From positions 1,428,001 through 1,492,000 of the forward strand of contig CM075997.1 of assembly GCA_038087875.1 (NCBI GenBank): a DNA stretch of 64,000 bases. The letters are read 5' to 3'. This DNA is from Malacoraja senta. Taxonomy: Eukaryota. A program made the position numbers and the translations under genes. The notes below the pieces were generated by a model. It saw nothing but the letters and a program-made list of their open reading frames with translations, had not been told where the DNA came from and did not search any database. Shown here one piece after another: positions 46,501 to 59,000 of the stretch (within the stretch, counting starts at the first letter, position 1; every line of letters begins with the position of its first letter).

Positions 46501-49500
46501 TCTAATGCTACACCATAGGGGAGCCAAAACTGGAGGGCATAGGTTTAAGGTGAGGGTGGAACATGAGGGACAACTTTATTTTTCACAGAAGGTAGTGCGT
46601 ATATAGAATTAGCTGCCAGAGAAAACTGTGTCCAACAGGTACCAGTACATTAAATAGAGTCATAGATTCGCACAGGCCCTTCAGCCCATCTTGCCCATTC
46701 TGACCAAGTTGGCCCATCTCAGCTACGTTTGCTCATATCCCTCTAAACCCTTCTTACCAGCTTAGAAACATAGAAAATAGGTGCAGGAGGAGGCCATTCG
46801 GCTGATCGTCCCTTATCAATAACCCATAGACCTCCAAGTGTCTTTTAAATTGGGCGGCATGGTGGTGCAGTGGTAGAGTTGCTGCCTCACAGCGCCAGAG
46901 ACACGGGTTCGATCCTGACTACGGGCGCTGTCTGTACAGAGTTTGTACGTTCTCCCCGTGACTATGTGGGTTTTCCCCCGGTGCTCCAGTTTTCTCTCAC
47001 ACTCCAAGGCCGAACAGGTTTGTAGGCTATTTGGCGTAGGTAAAAAAAATGATAAATTGCCCCTAGTGTGTAGGATAGTGTACGGTATGCTTTCTGGTTG
47101 GCGTGGGCTCCGTGGGCTGAAGGGCCTGTTTCCACAATCTATCTCCAAAATATTTTTAAAAACTATTCCCAGAATTCCTATCCGTGGACAAGAGACTCCC
47201 AATTTTTGTCTTCTGTCTGAAGAAAGGTCTCGACCCGATACGTCACCCATTCATTCCTTCTCTCCAGAGATGCTGCCTGTCCCGCTGAGTTTCTCCAGCA
47301 TTTTGTGTCTATCTTCAGTGTAAACCAGCATCTGCAGTTCCTTCCGACAGATCGGACTATCTTTGATCGGACTTTACTGGCTTTACCTTGCACTAAACGT
47401 TATTTCCCTGGACATGTGTCGGTACACTGCGAACAGCTCGATTACAATCACGTATTGTCTTTCCGCTGGCTGGTTAGCACGCAACAAAAGCTTTTCACTG
47501 TACCTCGCTACACGTGACAATAAACTAAACTAAAGTAAAAAGTTCATTGTTCTATCTGGGACATATGACAATAAAATAATTTCGACCTGACTCTTGAGAT
47601 TCCCAATTTTGTTCCACGTGCTAAAAGCCGGAATTCCAGGAATGATGGGGATGGGGTCAACCAATTGGTGGTAGCCAGTGCCATCTTCTTCGCTGCCGTG
47701 TGCCGGGAGAAGGCCGCGGACGCCAACAGGATTAACAAGTTCATCAGGAAGGCTGGGGCCGAAGTTGGATTCACGGGAGGTGGTCTTGGAGGTGAGGATG
47801 CTCCTCAAACTGGACAATGCATCCTGGACAATGCAGCTCATCCCCTCCATGACACACTGGTCAACCTGAGGAGCACCTTCAGCAACAGACTGGTTCCACC
47901 AAGATGCAGCACAGAACGCCACAAGAGATCCTTCTTCCCTGTGGCGATCAAACTGGACAACCCCTTCCCCTTCTGTCATGGGGTAGACTGACTCCCCTCC
48001 CCTCTCCCCAAATCTTTGCACATCCCCAATCCTTTCCACTCGTCACTTTAATTTCATGTTTTGTGTATCTCGTGGTGGTTTATCACTGTTGGCAGATCAA
48101 TTTCCCTCCTGGGATAAATGAGGTTCTGTCGCATGGTATGGTATCGTTAGTCGGGATTGTAGCCATTCCAGAAGATTGACGTTACCATTCCCTCGCACCA
48201 CAGTGTATTCCGTCAGTTGTGGCATTCCGTGAATTAGAAAAGATTTGGAAACAATTGCCTGCGAATCCCCCTCGGAGGGAGGGAGAGAGAGAGAGAGAGA
48301 ACGTCGGGATGCATGGGAGATGATGTCATGTCACCTCACCACAAGTGGACCAGACAGGGTTCTCACACTAAACGACAACAAAAATAACCGCCGGGGCGAA
48401 CCTTCACAGAGGGACAAGAGCAAGAGCCAACTCCACCCGCGCCCCAGCCAACCAAAGCCCTGATGTCAGCCTCCAAACGTCTTCTGAAGAAAAGCCACAG
48501 CTCACAGACTTTCACAAACTTCCAAGCTAAGAAAAATAATCATTTAAAGGCACCCAGGGAGTTGGAATATTTCAGAGTTTGGAAGCAGCAGAGCAGGGGA
48601 TGTAATGGGAACTTAGCTGACCTGGAGGGGGTTATTTTTATAATAAGAGCTAAAAAAGAATTATAATTTAAAATTTTAAACAAAAATCATCCATTTAACC
48701 ACACAAGCTTTCCACTGGTATCTGCTTGCTGGGATCATTGACAATTGCAAAATGCCCCAAATATAAGTGGTTGCTTTAAGGTCTCGGCCCGGAACGTTGC
48801 CTATTTCCTTCGCTCCATAGATGCTGCTGCACCCGCTGAGTTTCTCCAGCACTTTTGTCTACCTTCGATTTTCCAGCATCTGCAGTTCCTTCTTAAAGGC
48901 TTTCAGTTTATAATAGTCACGTATTATATACAGTGTACAGATACTCGATAAGGGAATAATGAGACAGAGATTCAGTGAAAAGGTTTTGTCAGATTTAGTT
49001 TAGTTCGGTTTATTGTCACGTGTACCGAGGTACAGTGAAAGGCTTTTTTGTTGCGTGCTATCCAGTCAGCGATAAGACTATACATGATTTCAGTCAAGTC
49101 ACCCACAGTGTACAGATACAGGATAAAGGGAATAACATTTAATGCAAGATAAAGTCCAGTAAAGTCTAATACAAAATAGAAAATAGGTGCAGGAGTAGGC
49201 CATTCGGCCCTTCGAGCCTGCACCGCCATTCAATATGATCATGGCTGATCATCCAACTCAGTATCCCGTACCTGCCTTCTCTCCATACCCCCTGATCCCT
49301 TTAGCCACAAGGGCCACATCTAACTCCCTCTTAAATATAGCCAATGAACTGGCCTCAACTACCCTCTGTGGCAGAGAGTTCCAGAGATTCACCACTCTCT
49401 GTGTGAAAAGGTTTTTCCTCATCTTAAAGAATTTCCCCCTTATCCTTAAGCTGTGACCCCTTGTCCTGGACTTCCCCAACATCGGGAACAATCTTCCTGC

Positions 49501-49582
49501 ATCTAGCCTGTCCAACCCCATAAGAATTTTGTACGTTTCTATAAGATCCCCTCTCAATCTCCTAAATTCTAGCTGGGTATAT

Positions 49583-49758
49583 AAGATGCTCCCCGATTTA
49601 CGAATCTCCGACTAAGGATATTTCGACTTTACCATGGTGCAAACACTGGACGATGGCAGCGAGCCGCACTTCACTTCCGCTCACGTGATCATATTATTAA
49701 ATGCGTTTCCGACTTACGATATTTTCGATTTACGATGGGTTTATTAGAACGTAACCCC
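49583..49758. mobile_element. pogo/Tigger-type MITE remnant (Tigger5/MER47-like ends)
   Basis: Starts AGATGCTCCCCGATTTACGA and carries repeated CGA(C/T)TTACGA motifs ending GATGGGTTTATTAGAACGTAACCCC. This resembles Tigger5/MER47 termini as recalled from memory. Confidence 0.55.
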
Positions 49759-52700
49759 AAATAAATTTGCTCCATACATCTCCTTTAAACTTGGCTCCTC
49801 GCACCTTAAAGCTAGGCCCTCTAGTATTTTGTAGTAAGGAACTGCAGATGCTGGTTTAAACTGAAGAAGGGGTCTCGACCCAGAAACGTCACCCATTCCT
49901 TCTCTCCAGAGATGCTGCCTGTCCCGCCTAGTTACTCCAGCTTTTGTGTCTATCTTCTACCCTCAAGTACCCTCTCAAACATATAAGATTATGAAGCGAT
50001 TGGACATGCTAGATGCAGGAAACATGTTCCCGATGTTGGGGGGAGTCCTGAACCAGGGGCTACAGTTTAAGAATAAGGGGTAGGCCATTTAGAACAGAGA
50101 TGAGGAAAAACCTTTTCACCCAGAGAGTTGTGAATCTGTGGAATTCTCTGCCTCAGAAGACAGTGGAGGCCAATTCTCTGGATGCTTTCAAGAGAGAGTT
50201 AGATAGGGCTCTGAAAGATAGCGGAATCAAGGGATATGGGGAGAAGGCAGGAACAGGGTACTGATTGTGGATGATCAGCCATGATCACAATGAATGGTGG
50301 TGCTGGCTCGAAGGGCCGAATGGCCTACTCCTGCACCTATTGTCTATTTTCTATTTAATTATTCCATCCTGGTACAAAGGTTCTGAATGTCTACAAAGGT
50401 TCTATATACTTCTATCAGGTCTCTCCGCAACCTCCGGTATTCAGCAGAAAACACTCCACCCTCTCGCTGAAGCTCAGACCCCATTATCTCGGCATTCAAT
50501 CTGGTAAACCTCTTCTGTCCCCTTCCTGTAATGGGGTGAGCCGAATCACAGGCAATACTCCAAATGCAGCCTCACCAAAGTCTTGTAAACCTTATCAATG
50601 AACTCTGCAAATCCAATCATCCCCTTATCCATTCCACAAGCCACGTCCTCAAACAGCTCAACAGATAAGTTAAATGTTTAAGAAGGAACTGCAGATGCTG
50701 GAAAATCGAAGGTGGACAAAAGTGCTGGAGAAACTCAGCGGGTGAGGCAGCATCTATGGAGCGAAGGAAATAGGCAACGTTCGGCCCGTAACGTTGCCTA
50801 TTTCCTTCGCTCCATAGATGCTGCCTCACCCGCTGAGTTTCTCCAGCATTTTTGTCTACCAACAGATAAGTTAAATGTGTTACTCTGCTGCTCAATCCTA
50901 TCGTTCATTTCTTGCAGTTCTGTTAATTCATCCTCTGTTAGGATTCCTGCTATTTTCCGACAGGAACAATCACACACAGGGTGGTGGGTGAATGGAACGA
51001 GCTGCCAGAGAGGTGGGTACAATTTGGACATTTAGTTGAGTTTAGAGATACAGCATGGAGACAGGTCCACGCCGACCATCGATCACCCATTCACACTTGT
51101 TCTATGCTATCCCAATTCTCATCTACTGCCTGCACAGTAGGGGAGATTTTACAGAGGGCCAATTAACCTACAAACCGGCACGTGGGAGGAAACCGGAGCG
51201 CCCGGAGCAAACTCCGCACACACAGACAGCGTCCCGAGGTCAGGATGGAACCCGGGTCTCCAGTGCTGTGAGGTGTTTCGGGTCGAGACCCTTCTTCAGA
51301 CTCGACCCAAAACATTTAAGAATAAGGAGTAAGCCATTTAGAACGGAGACGGGGAAACACTTTTCCTCGCAGAGAGTTGTGAGTCTGTGGAATTCTCTGC
51401 CTCAGAGGGCGGTGGAGGCAGGTTCTCTGGATGCTTTCAAGAGAAAGCTGGATAGGGCTCTTAAAAATAGCAGAGTCAGGGGGATATGGGGAGAAGGGTA
51501 CTGATTGTGGATGATCAGCCATGATCACATTGAATGGCAGTGCTGGCTCGAAGGGCCGAATGGCCTACTCCTGCACCTATTGTCTATTGTCTATTGTCTA
51601 TCACCCCTATTCTTTTTCTCCAGAGGTGCTGCCTGACCCGCTGAGTTACTCAGCATTTTGTGTCTGTCTTTGGTGTAAACCAGCATTGGCAATTCCTTCC
51701 TACACTGTGTGACTCTATTACTGATAGTCACTGATAGTACCCCGCTGTCTCTCTGTTTTTTAAGTAACGGGGCCACATAATTTATCCCCTAAGCCACAGG
51801 AACTCCAGAATCTATTGTCAACAGTGTGTATACTATCCATGCATCCACCGCCCTAGAGTCATAGAGTGATACAGAGTGGAAACAGGCCCTTCGGCCCAAC
51901 GTACCCACACCAGCCAACCTGTCCAAGCTACCCTAGTCCCACCTGCCTGTGTTTTGGCCCATATCCCTCCAAACCTGTCCTATCCATGTACCTGTCTAAC
52001 TGTTTCTTAAAGTGCAGCGGTAGCCGCTGCCGTACAGCGCTTGCAGCACCTGAGACTCGGGTTCGATCCCGACTACGGGTGCTGTCTGTACGGTGTTTGC
52101 ACGTTCTCCACCGTGACCTGCGTGGGATTTCTCCGGGATCTCAGCACAGACATTCCAAAGATGTGCAGGTATGTAGGATAATTGGCTTGGTAAAAGTGTA
52201 GATTGTCCCTGGTGTGTGTAGGATTGTGTTAATGTGCTGGGATCGCTGGTCGGCGCGGACTCGGTGGGCCGAAGGGCCTGTTTCCGCGCTGTAACGTTAA
52301 ACTAAGCTAAACTAAACGTTGGGATAGTACCTGCCACAACTACCTCCTCCAGCAGCCTGTTCCATACACCCACCACCCTTTGTGTGAAAAAGTTGCCCCT
52401 CAGATTCCTATTAAATCTTTTCCCCTTCACCTTAAACCAATGTCCTCAGAACACTGAAATACTCCGATAATTCACCAGCTTCTCTGATGTGTTTTTCTAA
52501 CATAAATTCCATTCAATTCTTTATTCTTATCAGTGTCTCTGGTATTTCTGGCAAGATTTTTTGTTCTGTGAAGATAGATACAAAGTATTTATTTGATGCA
52601 TGTGCCATCTCCTTGTCCCTCTTTACAAGTTCTTCTTTACTTTTAGTTTAGTTTAGTTTAGGGATACAGCGTGGAAACAAGCCCTTCGGGCCAGCGAGAC

Positions 52701-53391
52701 TGCGCCGTCCAGCGATCATCCCGTACGTGATAGATCTATCATGCACATACTAGGGACAATTTACAAACCTGCACGTCTTTGGAATGTGGGAGGAAACCGG
52801 AGCACCCGGAGAAAACCCACGCGGCCACAGCGAGAACGGACAAACTCCACACAGACAGCGCCCGGGTCTCTGGCACTGTTAGGCAGCAACTTGGCGGGCC
52901 GAAGGGCCTGTTTCCGCGCTGTTTCTCTAACCTAAAGTAAACTAAAGCAGGATTGAAATATCAAGGACTAGAGGGCTTAGCTTTAAGGTGAGAGGGGCAA
53001 AGTTTGAAGAAGGTGAGCAACTTATATTTTTTATTACACTGAGGGTGGTGGGTGCCTGGAACGTGCTGCCAGGGGTGGTGGTGGAGGCAGATACGACAGT
53101 GGCATTTAAGAGGCTTTTAGATAGGCACATGGATATGCAGGAAATTTGGGATATGGATCACGTGCATTCAGATAAAAGTTGGTCTGGGCATAGTATTCAG
53201 CACAGACATTGTGGGCCGAAGGGCCTGATCTATGTTCTATGTTAAGATGGGAGAATTTTAGAACTCGACAAAATCAGGGGATATAGATGAGTGGGAGTTT
53301 GTAGTGGGGGTCTCTCGCTGGTCTCCTGGAGGTAACGGCAAGACATATGCCCCCCACACACTCCCCCCCCCATCAATAAGCCCGCTGTTGC

Positions 53392-53866
53392 AGATGGACA
53401 GAAAAAACTGGAGTAACTCAGCGGGACAGGCAGCACCTCTGGAGAAAAGGAATGGGTGACGTTTCGGGTCGAGACCCTTCTTCAGACTGAGAGTCAGGGG
53501 AGAGGGAGACGGGAGATGTAGACGGTGATATGGAACAAATGAATGAAAGATATGCAAAAAGGTTACACCGATCAAGGAAAGGTGGAGCCCACAATGGTCC
53601 GTTGTTGGCTGTGGGCTGCAGGACAGAAAGGTCAGTGTGGGAATGGGAAGGGAGGTAAAGATGTTGGCAACTGGGAGATCAAGTAGGCCTAGGCGGACTG
53701 AGAGACAGTGTTCAGCGAAACAATCGCCCAGTCTACGCTCGGTCTCGCCGATATATAAGAGTCCACACCTGGAACAGCGGATACAGTAGATGAGGTTGGA
53801 GGAGGTGCAAGTGAACCTCTGCCTAACTTGAAGGACTGTCCTGGTCCCTGGACAGTCGAGGGAGGA
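53392..53866 (-). mobile_element. Penelope-like element fragment with GIY-YIG endonuclease
   Basis: FTCTSSNLIYCIRCSRCGLLYIGETERRLGDCFAEH is the GIY-YIG core with CxxC. A second adjacent PLE fragment spans about 53868-54615 (-). Confidence 0.88.
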
Positions 53867-55002
53867 TGACAAAAAATGCTGGAGAACTCAGCGGGCGAGG
53901 CGGCATCTATGGAGCGAAGGAAATAGGCAACGTTTCGGGCCGTAACCCTTCTTCAGACTGATGAAGGGTGGGGGGGGGGGGGAGAAGAAAGGAGAAAGGA
54001 AGAGGAGGAGCCCTAGGACTGAGGGAGAGCTGAGAAGGGGAGGAAGGGAGGAGACAGCAAGGGCTACCAGAAATTAGAGAAGTCAATGTTTATGCCGCTA
54101 GGGTGCAGACTGCCCAAGTGGAATATGAGGTGCTGCTCCTCCCAATTTCCGGTGGTGCTCATTCTGGCCATGGAGGAGGCCCAGGACAGAAAGGTCGGAT
54201 TCGGAATGGGAGGGGGAGTTGAAGTGCTGAGCCACAGGGAGATCAGGTTGGTTAATGCGGACAGAGCAGAGGTGTTCGGCGAAACGATCGCCAAGCCTAC
54301 GCTTGGTCTCGCCGATGTAGATGTTAATGTGGACCGAGCGGAGTTGTTCAGGTGTTGCATCTTCTGCGGTTGCAGGGGAAGGTACCTGGGGAAGGGGGTG
54401 GTTGGGGCGGGAAGGGATGAGCTAACCAGGAAGTTGAGGAGGGAACGGTCTCTGCGGAAAGCGGAAAGGGGTGGAGATGGGAAAATGTGGCCGGTGGTGG
54501 GATCCCGTTGGAGGTGGCGAAAATGTCGGAGGATTACGTGTCGTGTGTGATGGCTGATGGGGTGAAAGGTGAGGACCAGGGGGACTCTGTCCCTGTTGCA
54601 AGTGGGGGAAGGGGACTGTTTTTGAAACCTTCCAACAACCAGTGAGCAAACACAGAGGTCCCAACACTTCTCGCTACCCCAATCTCAAAACCTCCACAGC
54701 TAAAATTCTTCAACGTGCTGGAAGATTTTTTTTTCTTTTTTGGAAAGAATGTTCTTCAAGGCCCCTGTGGGTATTTTTACTACCAGAACTGACCTGGAAA
54801 TGAACCCTGAATTCCTGGAGACTTGAAGCAAAACTTCATGGACTGCCAACCCCTAGTTTAAGTGTAGGAGCAGCCAGGAGTTTTGGAGAGGAATGAACTG
54901 TCTCGGCCAGCAACTCAACTCGTGAATAGGACAGGTTTAGAGGGACACGGGCCAAACACAGGCAGGTGGGACTAGTGTAGATGGGACATGTTGGCTGGTG
55001 CC

Positions 55003-55617
55003 ATAGAGTCATAGAGTGTGGAAGCAGGCCCTTCGGCCCAACTTGCCCGCAACGGCCAACAATGTCCCAGCTACACTAGTCCCACCTGCCTGCGTTTGGT
55101 CCATATCCCTCCAAACCTGTCCCATCTATGTACCTGCCTAACTGTTTCTTAAACGTTGGGATAGTCCCCGCCTCAACTACCTCCTCCGGCAGCTTGTTCC
55201 ATACACCCACCACTCTTTGTGTGAAAAAGTTACTCCTCAGATTCCTATTAAATCTTTTCCCCTTTACCTTGAACCTATGTTCTCTGGTCCTTGATTCCCA
55301 CACTCTAGGCAAGAGATTCTGTGCATCTACCAAATCTATTCCTCTCATGATTTTATACACCTCTATAAGATCACCCCTCATCCTCCTGTGCTCCAAGGAA
55401 TAGAGACCCAGCCTAATGAACCTCTCTCGATAGTTCAGACCCTCTAGTCCTGACAACATCCTCGTAAATCTTCTCTGAACCCTTTCAAGCTTGACAATAT
55501 CTTTCCTATAACATGGTGCCCAGAACTGAACACTATACTCTAAATGCAGTCTCACCATTGTCTTATACAACTGCAACATGACCTCCCAACTTCCTACGCT
55601 CAATACTCTGACTGATG
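55003..55617 (-). mobile_element. CR1/HER1 LINE 3' fragment
   Basis: ORF 55076-55603 encodes the RT C-terminus, followed by an (ACTCTATG) tail. Confidence 0.9.
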
Positions 55618-55804
55618 AGGGGTGTGGGCAAGTTGGGCCAAAGGGGCTGTTTCATGCTACATCTTAAAACTCCAGCCCCTTCAGCCCTCCCCATCTCTGT
55701 AATCCCCTTCAGTCCATATACCCCTCCCCATCCATGGCCCCTACATCCCTCCCCACTCCTCCTCTGGATCCGACACCCTATTTCATCTCTGTACCCAGAG
55801 GCCA

Positions 55805-56004
55805 NNNNNNNNNNNNNNNNNNNNNNNNNNNNNNNNNNNNNNNNNNNNNNNNNNNNNNNNNNNNNNNNNNNNNNNNNNNNNNNNNNNNNNNNNNNNNNNN
55901 NNNNNNNNNNNNNNNNNNNNNNNNNNNNNNNNNNNNNNNNNNNNNNNNNNNNNNNNNNNNNNNNNNNNNNNNNNNNNNNNNNNNNNNNNNNNNNNNNNNN
56001 NNNN
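55805..56004. other. Assembly gap (200 N)
   Basis: Run of exactly 200 N. Confidence 0.99.
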
Positions 56005-59000
56005 ACGCGGTTCACAGGGTGATCGTACCAAACTCCGGCAGACGGCACCCGTAGTCAGGATCGAACCTGGGTCTCTGGAGCTGCGTGGCAGCAACTCTAC
56101 CGCTGCCCAAGGTCCAGGGGCTGAATTGGAGGAGTACAGAGATACCATTCAGGAGGAGTGCATGGTGATTTGTCAGGAGGGTGTCAGAGGTTATGGGGAG
56201 AAGGCCGGAGAATGGGGGTAGAGAGGGAACGATAGATCAGCCAGGATTGAATGGTGGAGCAGCCTTGATGGGTAGAATGGCCAAGTTTTGCTCCCATGTT
56301 TTCTGATCTCATGCCTGAACTGTGGTTCCAACACATATCTCTTTAGATGAAGTGGATGTGGAGAGGATGTTTCCATTAGTGGGAGAGTCAGAGGTTCCAG
56401 AGGAATTTAGGGACTTTCCATTAGGAAGGAGATGAGGAGAAATGTGTTTAGTCAGAGGGTGGAATTGCCACATAAGGCTATACAGGGCAAGACAATGGAT
56501 ATATTTAAAGCAGAGATAGATAGATAGTTGATTAGTGTGGGCTGTCAGGGGTTATGGGGAGAAGGCGGGAGAATGGGGTTGAGAGGAAAAGATTGAATGG
56601 CGGAGTAGACTTGATGGGCTGAATGGCCTAATTCTGCTCCTATCACCGATGAACCTCCTCAGTGCTGGGAGTGTCGCCCTCGGTATCCAGAGTCTCCCCA
56701 AAAAGGAGATAATCCCAAAAAGGCATTGTCTGGGAGAGTGGAATGTCAAGGTCTCCCGGAGCAGAGAGGAACTTGAGAATGATGGTATGCTGTCCTATTC
56801 TGCAGCTGCCTGTGTATAACGGCATCTTCCGGCCTCCCTGTGTACGTTAGGCTTACATTCAGTATGCATTGTGTCATAACATTACAAAGCGCCTGTAAAC
56901 TCTCGGCTGAGGTCCCAGGGTCTGATCCTCCTGCCAGAGTCAACTCCACCTTCCTGCCTCTTGGGGAACAGATAGAGAGAGAGGGGGGCCCGGTCCACGC
57001 TAAGCACCCATGTCGGGAGTCCATCCCCTCCCACCGCTCCACACATTCACTCTTTGAGCAGCTCATAGAAACATAGAAAATAGGTGCAGGAGGAGGCCAT
57101 TCGGCCCTTCGAGCCAGCACCGCCATTCATTGTGATCATGGCTGATCGTCCCCAATCAATAACCCGTGCCTGCCTTCTCCCCATATCCCTTGACTCCACT
57201 AGCCCTTAGAGCTCTATCTAACTCTCTCTTAAATCCATCCAGTGACTTGGCCTCCACTGCCCTCTGTGGCAGGGAATTCCATAAATTCACAACTCTGTGG
57301 GTGAAAAAGTTTTCTCTCACCTCAGTCTTAAATGACCTCCCCTTTATTCTAAGACTGTGGCCCCTGGTTCTGGACTCGCCCGACATTGGGAACATTCGAC
57401 CCGAAACGTGGCCTATTTTCTTCGCTCCATAGATGCTGCCTCGCCCGCTGAGTTTCTCCAGCATTTGTGTTTTACCTTCTATCCAGATATGCTGCTTGTC
57501 CATGTCTTCTGATCTTATGTGTGAACCGTGGTTTCAACACAGATCTCTTTAGATAGAGTGGATGTGGAGAGGATGTTTCCACTAGTGGGAGTGTCTAGAA
57601 CCAGAGGTCATACATAGCCTGCCAACTTCAGCAACCCGTCACTGGACAAGGCACCACCCTGCAGACGTGTTGTTTACTCTAGATTATTTTCACGTGTACC
57701 AAGGTACAGTGAAAAACCTTTGTTGTGTGCTATCCAGTCAGCGGGAAGACAATACATGATTACAATCAAGTCACTTGATTGAATGGAATAACATTTAGTG
57801 CAATGTAAAGTCCAGTAAAGTCTGGTATAAGGTAATCCGAGGGATTCCAAAGAGATAGATGGTAGCTCAGGACCACTCTCTAGTTGGTGACAGGATGGTT
57901 CAGTCGCCTGATAACAGCTGCCTGGCATGCCATCATTCTCAAGTTCCTCTCTGCTCCGGGAGATCTTGACATTCCAGTCTCCCAGGCAATTCCTCTGTCC
58001 TTGAATCTGGAGGTGTGCGTTTTCACACTTCTGACTTCCCTTTCACACTTCTGACTTCCTTTTCTCCCTCTCTGTGGTTCCTAGAGTCACCCAATGTCCC
58101 TCCCGTTTGACCCTGCAACTCAGTTAGGTCGGCACTGTGGTGGCGCGGCGGTAGAGTTGATGCCTCACAGCGCCAGAGACCCGGGTTCGATCCTGACCAC
58201 CGGGTGCCGTCTGCACGGAATTTCTCCCCGTGACCGCGTGGGTTTCCTCCGGGTGCTCCGGTCTCCTCGCACCCTCCAAAAAGACGTACAGGTTTGTAGG
58301 TTAATTGGCTTCGTTTAAAATGGTAAATTGACCCGACTGCGTGGGATAGGGCTAGTATATGAGTATCGCTGGTCGGTCCGGACTTGGTGGGCTAAAGGGC
58401 CTGTTTCTGCGCTGTATCTCGAAACTAATCCAAATGAGTTAGTCCCACATTCCACGTCCATTTTTTATTCCATCGGTGGGATCGTTCTATGCACGTATTA
58501 TCTGACGAGGCTCCAGACCAGAATATTCCTACCCCTCTCTCAAAATAGCCCCTGATCATCCAAGTATAAACCCCCCCCTGCCGGAGTTAAATTAAATCTA
58601 GTTTTTTTAGCTCTATTTTGGGTGCTGTTTCACGACCCGCCCTGCTCGTCATAGAGCTACAGAGACGTGGTGAGAAGCTGCTTATACTTAGCGCAGAGTC
58701 TGTGACCACCCGTCACTCTCGCAGGGCCCAAAAAATCCTTCATTTTAAATCCCATCCTCACGTTCACCCATTCCTTCCTTCTCTCTAGAGATGCTGCCTG
58801 TCCCCGCTGAGTTACTCCAGCCTTTTGTGTCTATCTTCGGTGTAAACCAGCACCTGCAGTTCCTTCCGACACACTCCCCTGTTTCTTTCAGTTTAGTTTA
58901 GAGATACAGCGCGGAAACAGGCCCTTCGGCCCACCGAGTCTGTACCGACCAGTGATCATCACCCCGGAGACTTGCACTATCCCCCACACACACTGGGGAC

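Noticed and set aside
50884..50950. Exon-like GILTEDELTELQEMNDRIEQQ on the minus strand
   Set aside because: The splice signals are weak, I recognise no family, and there are no partner exons.
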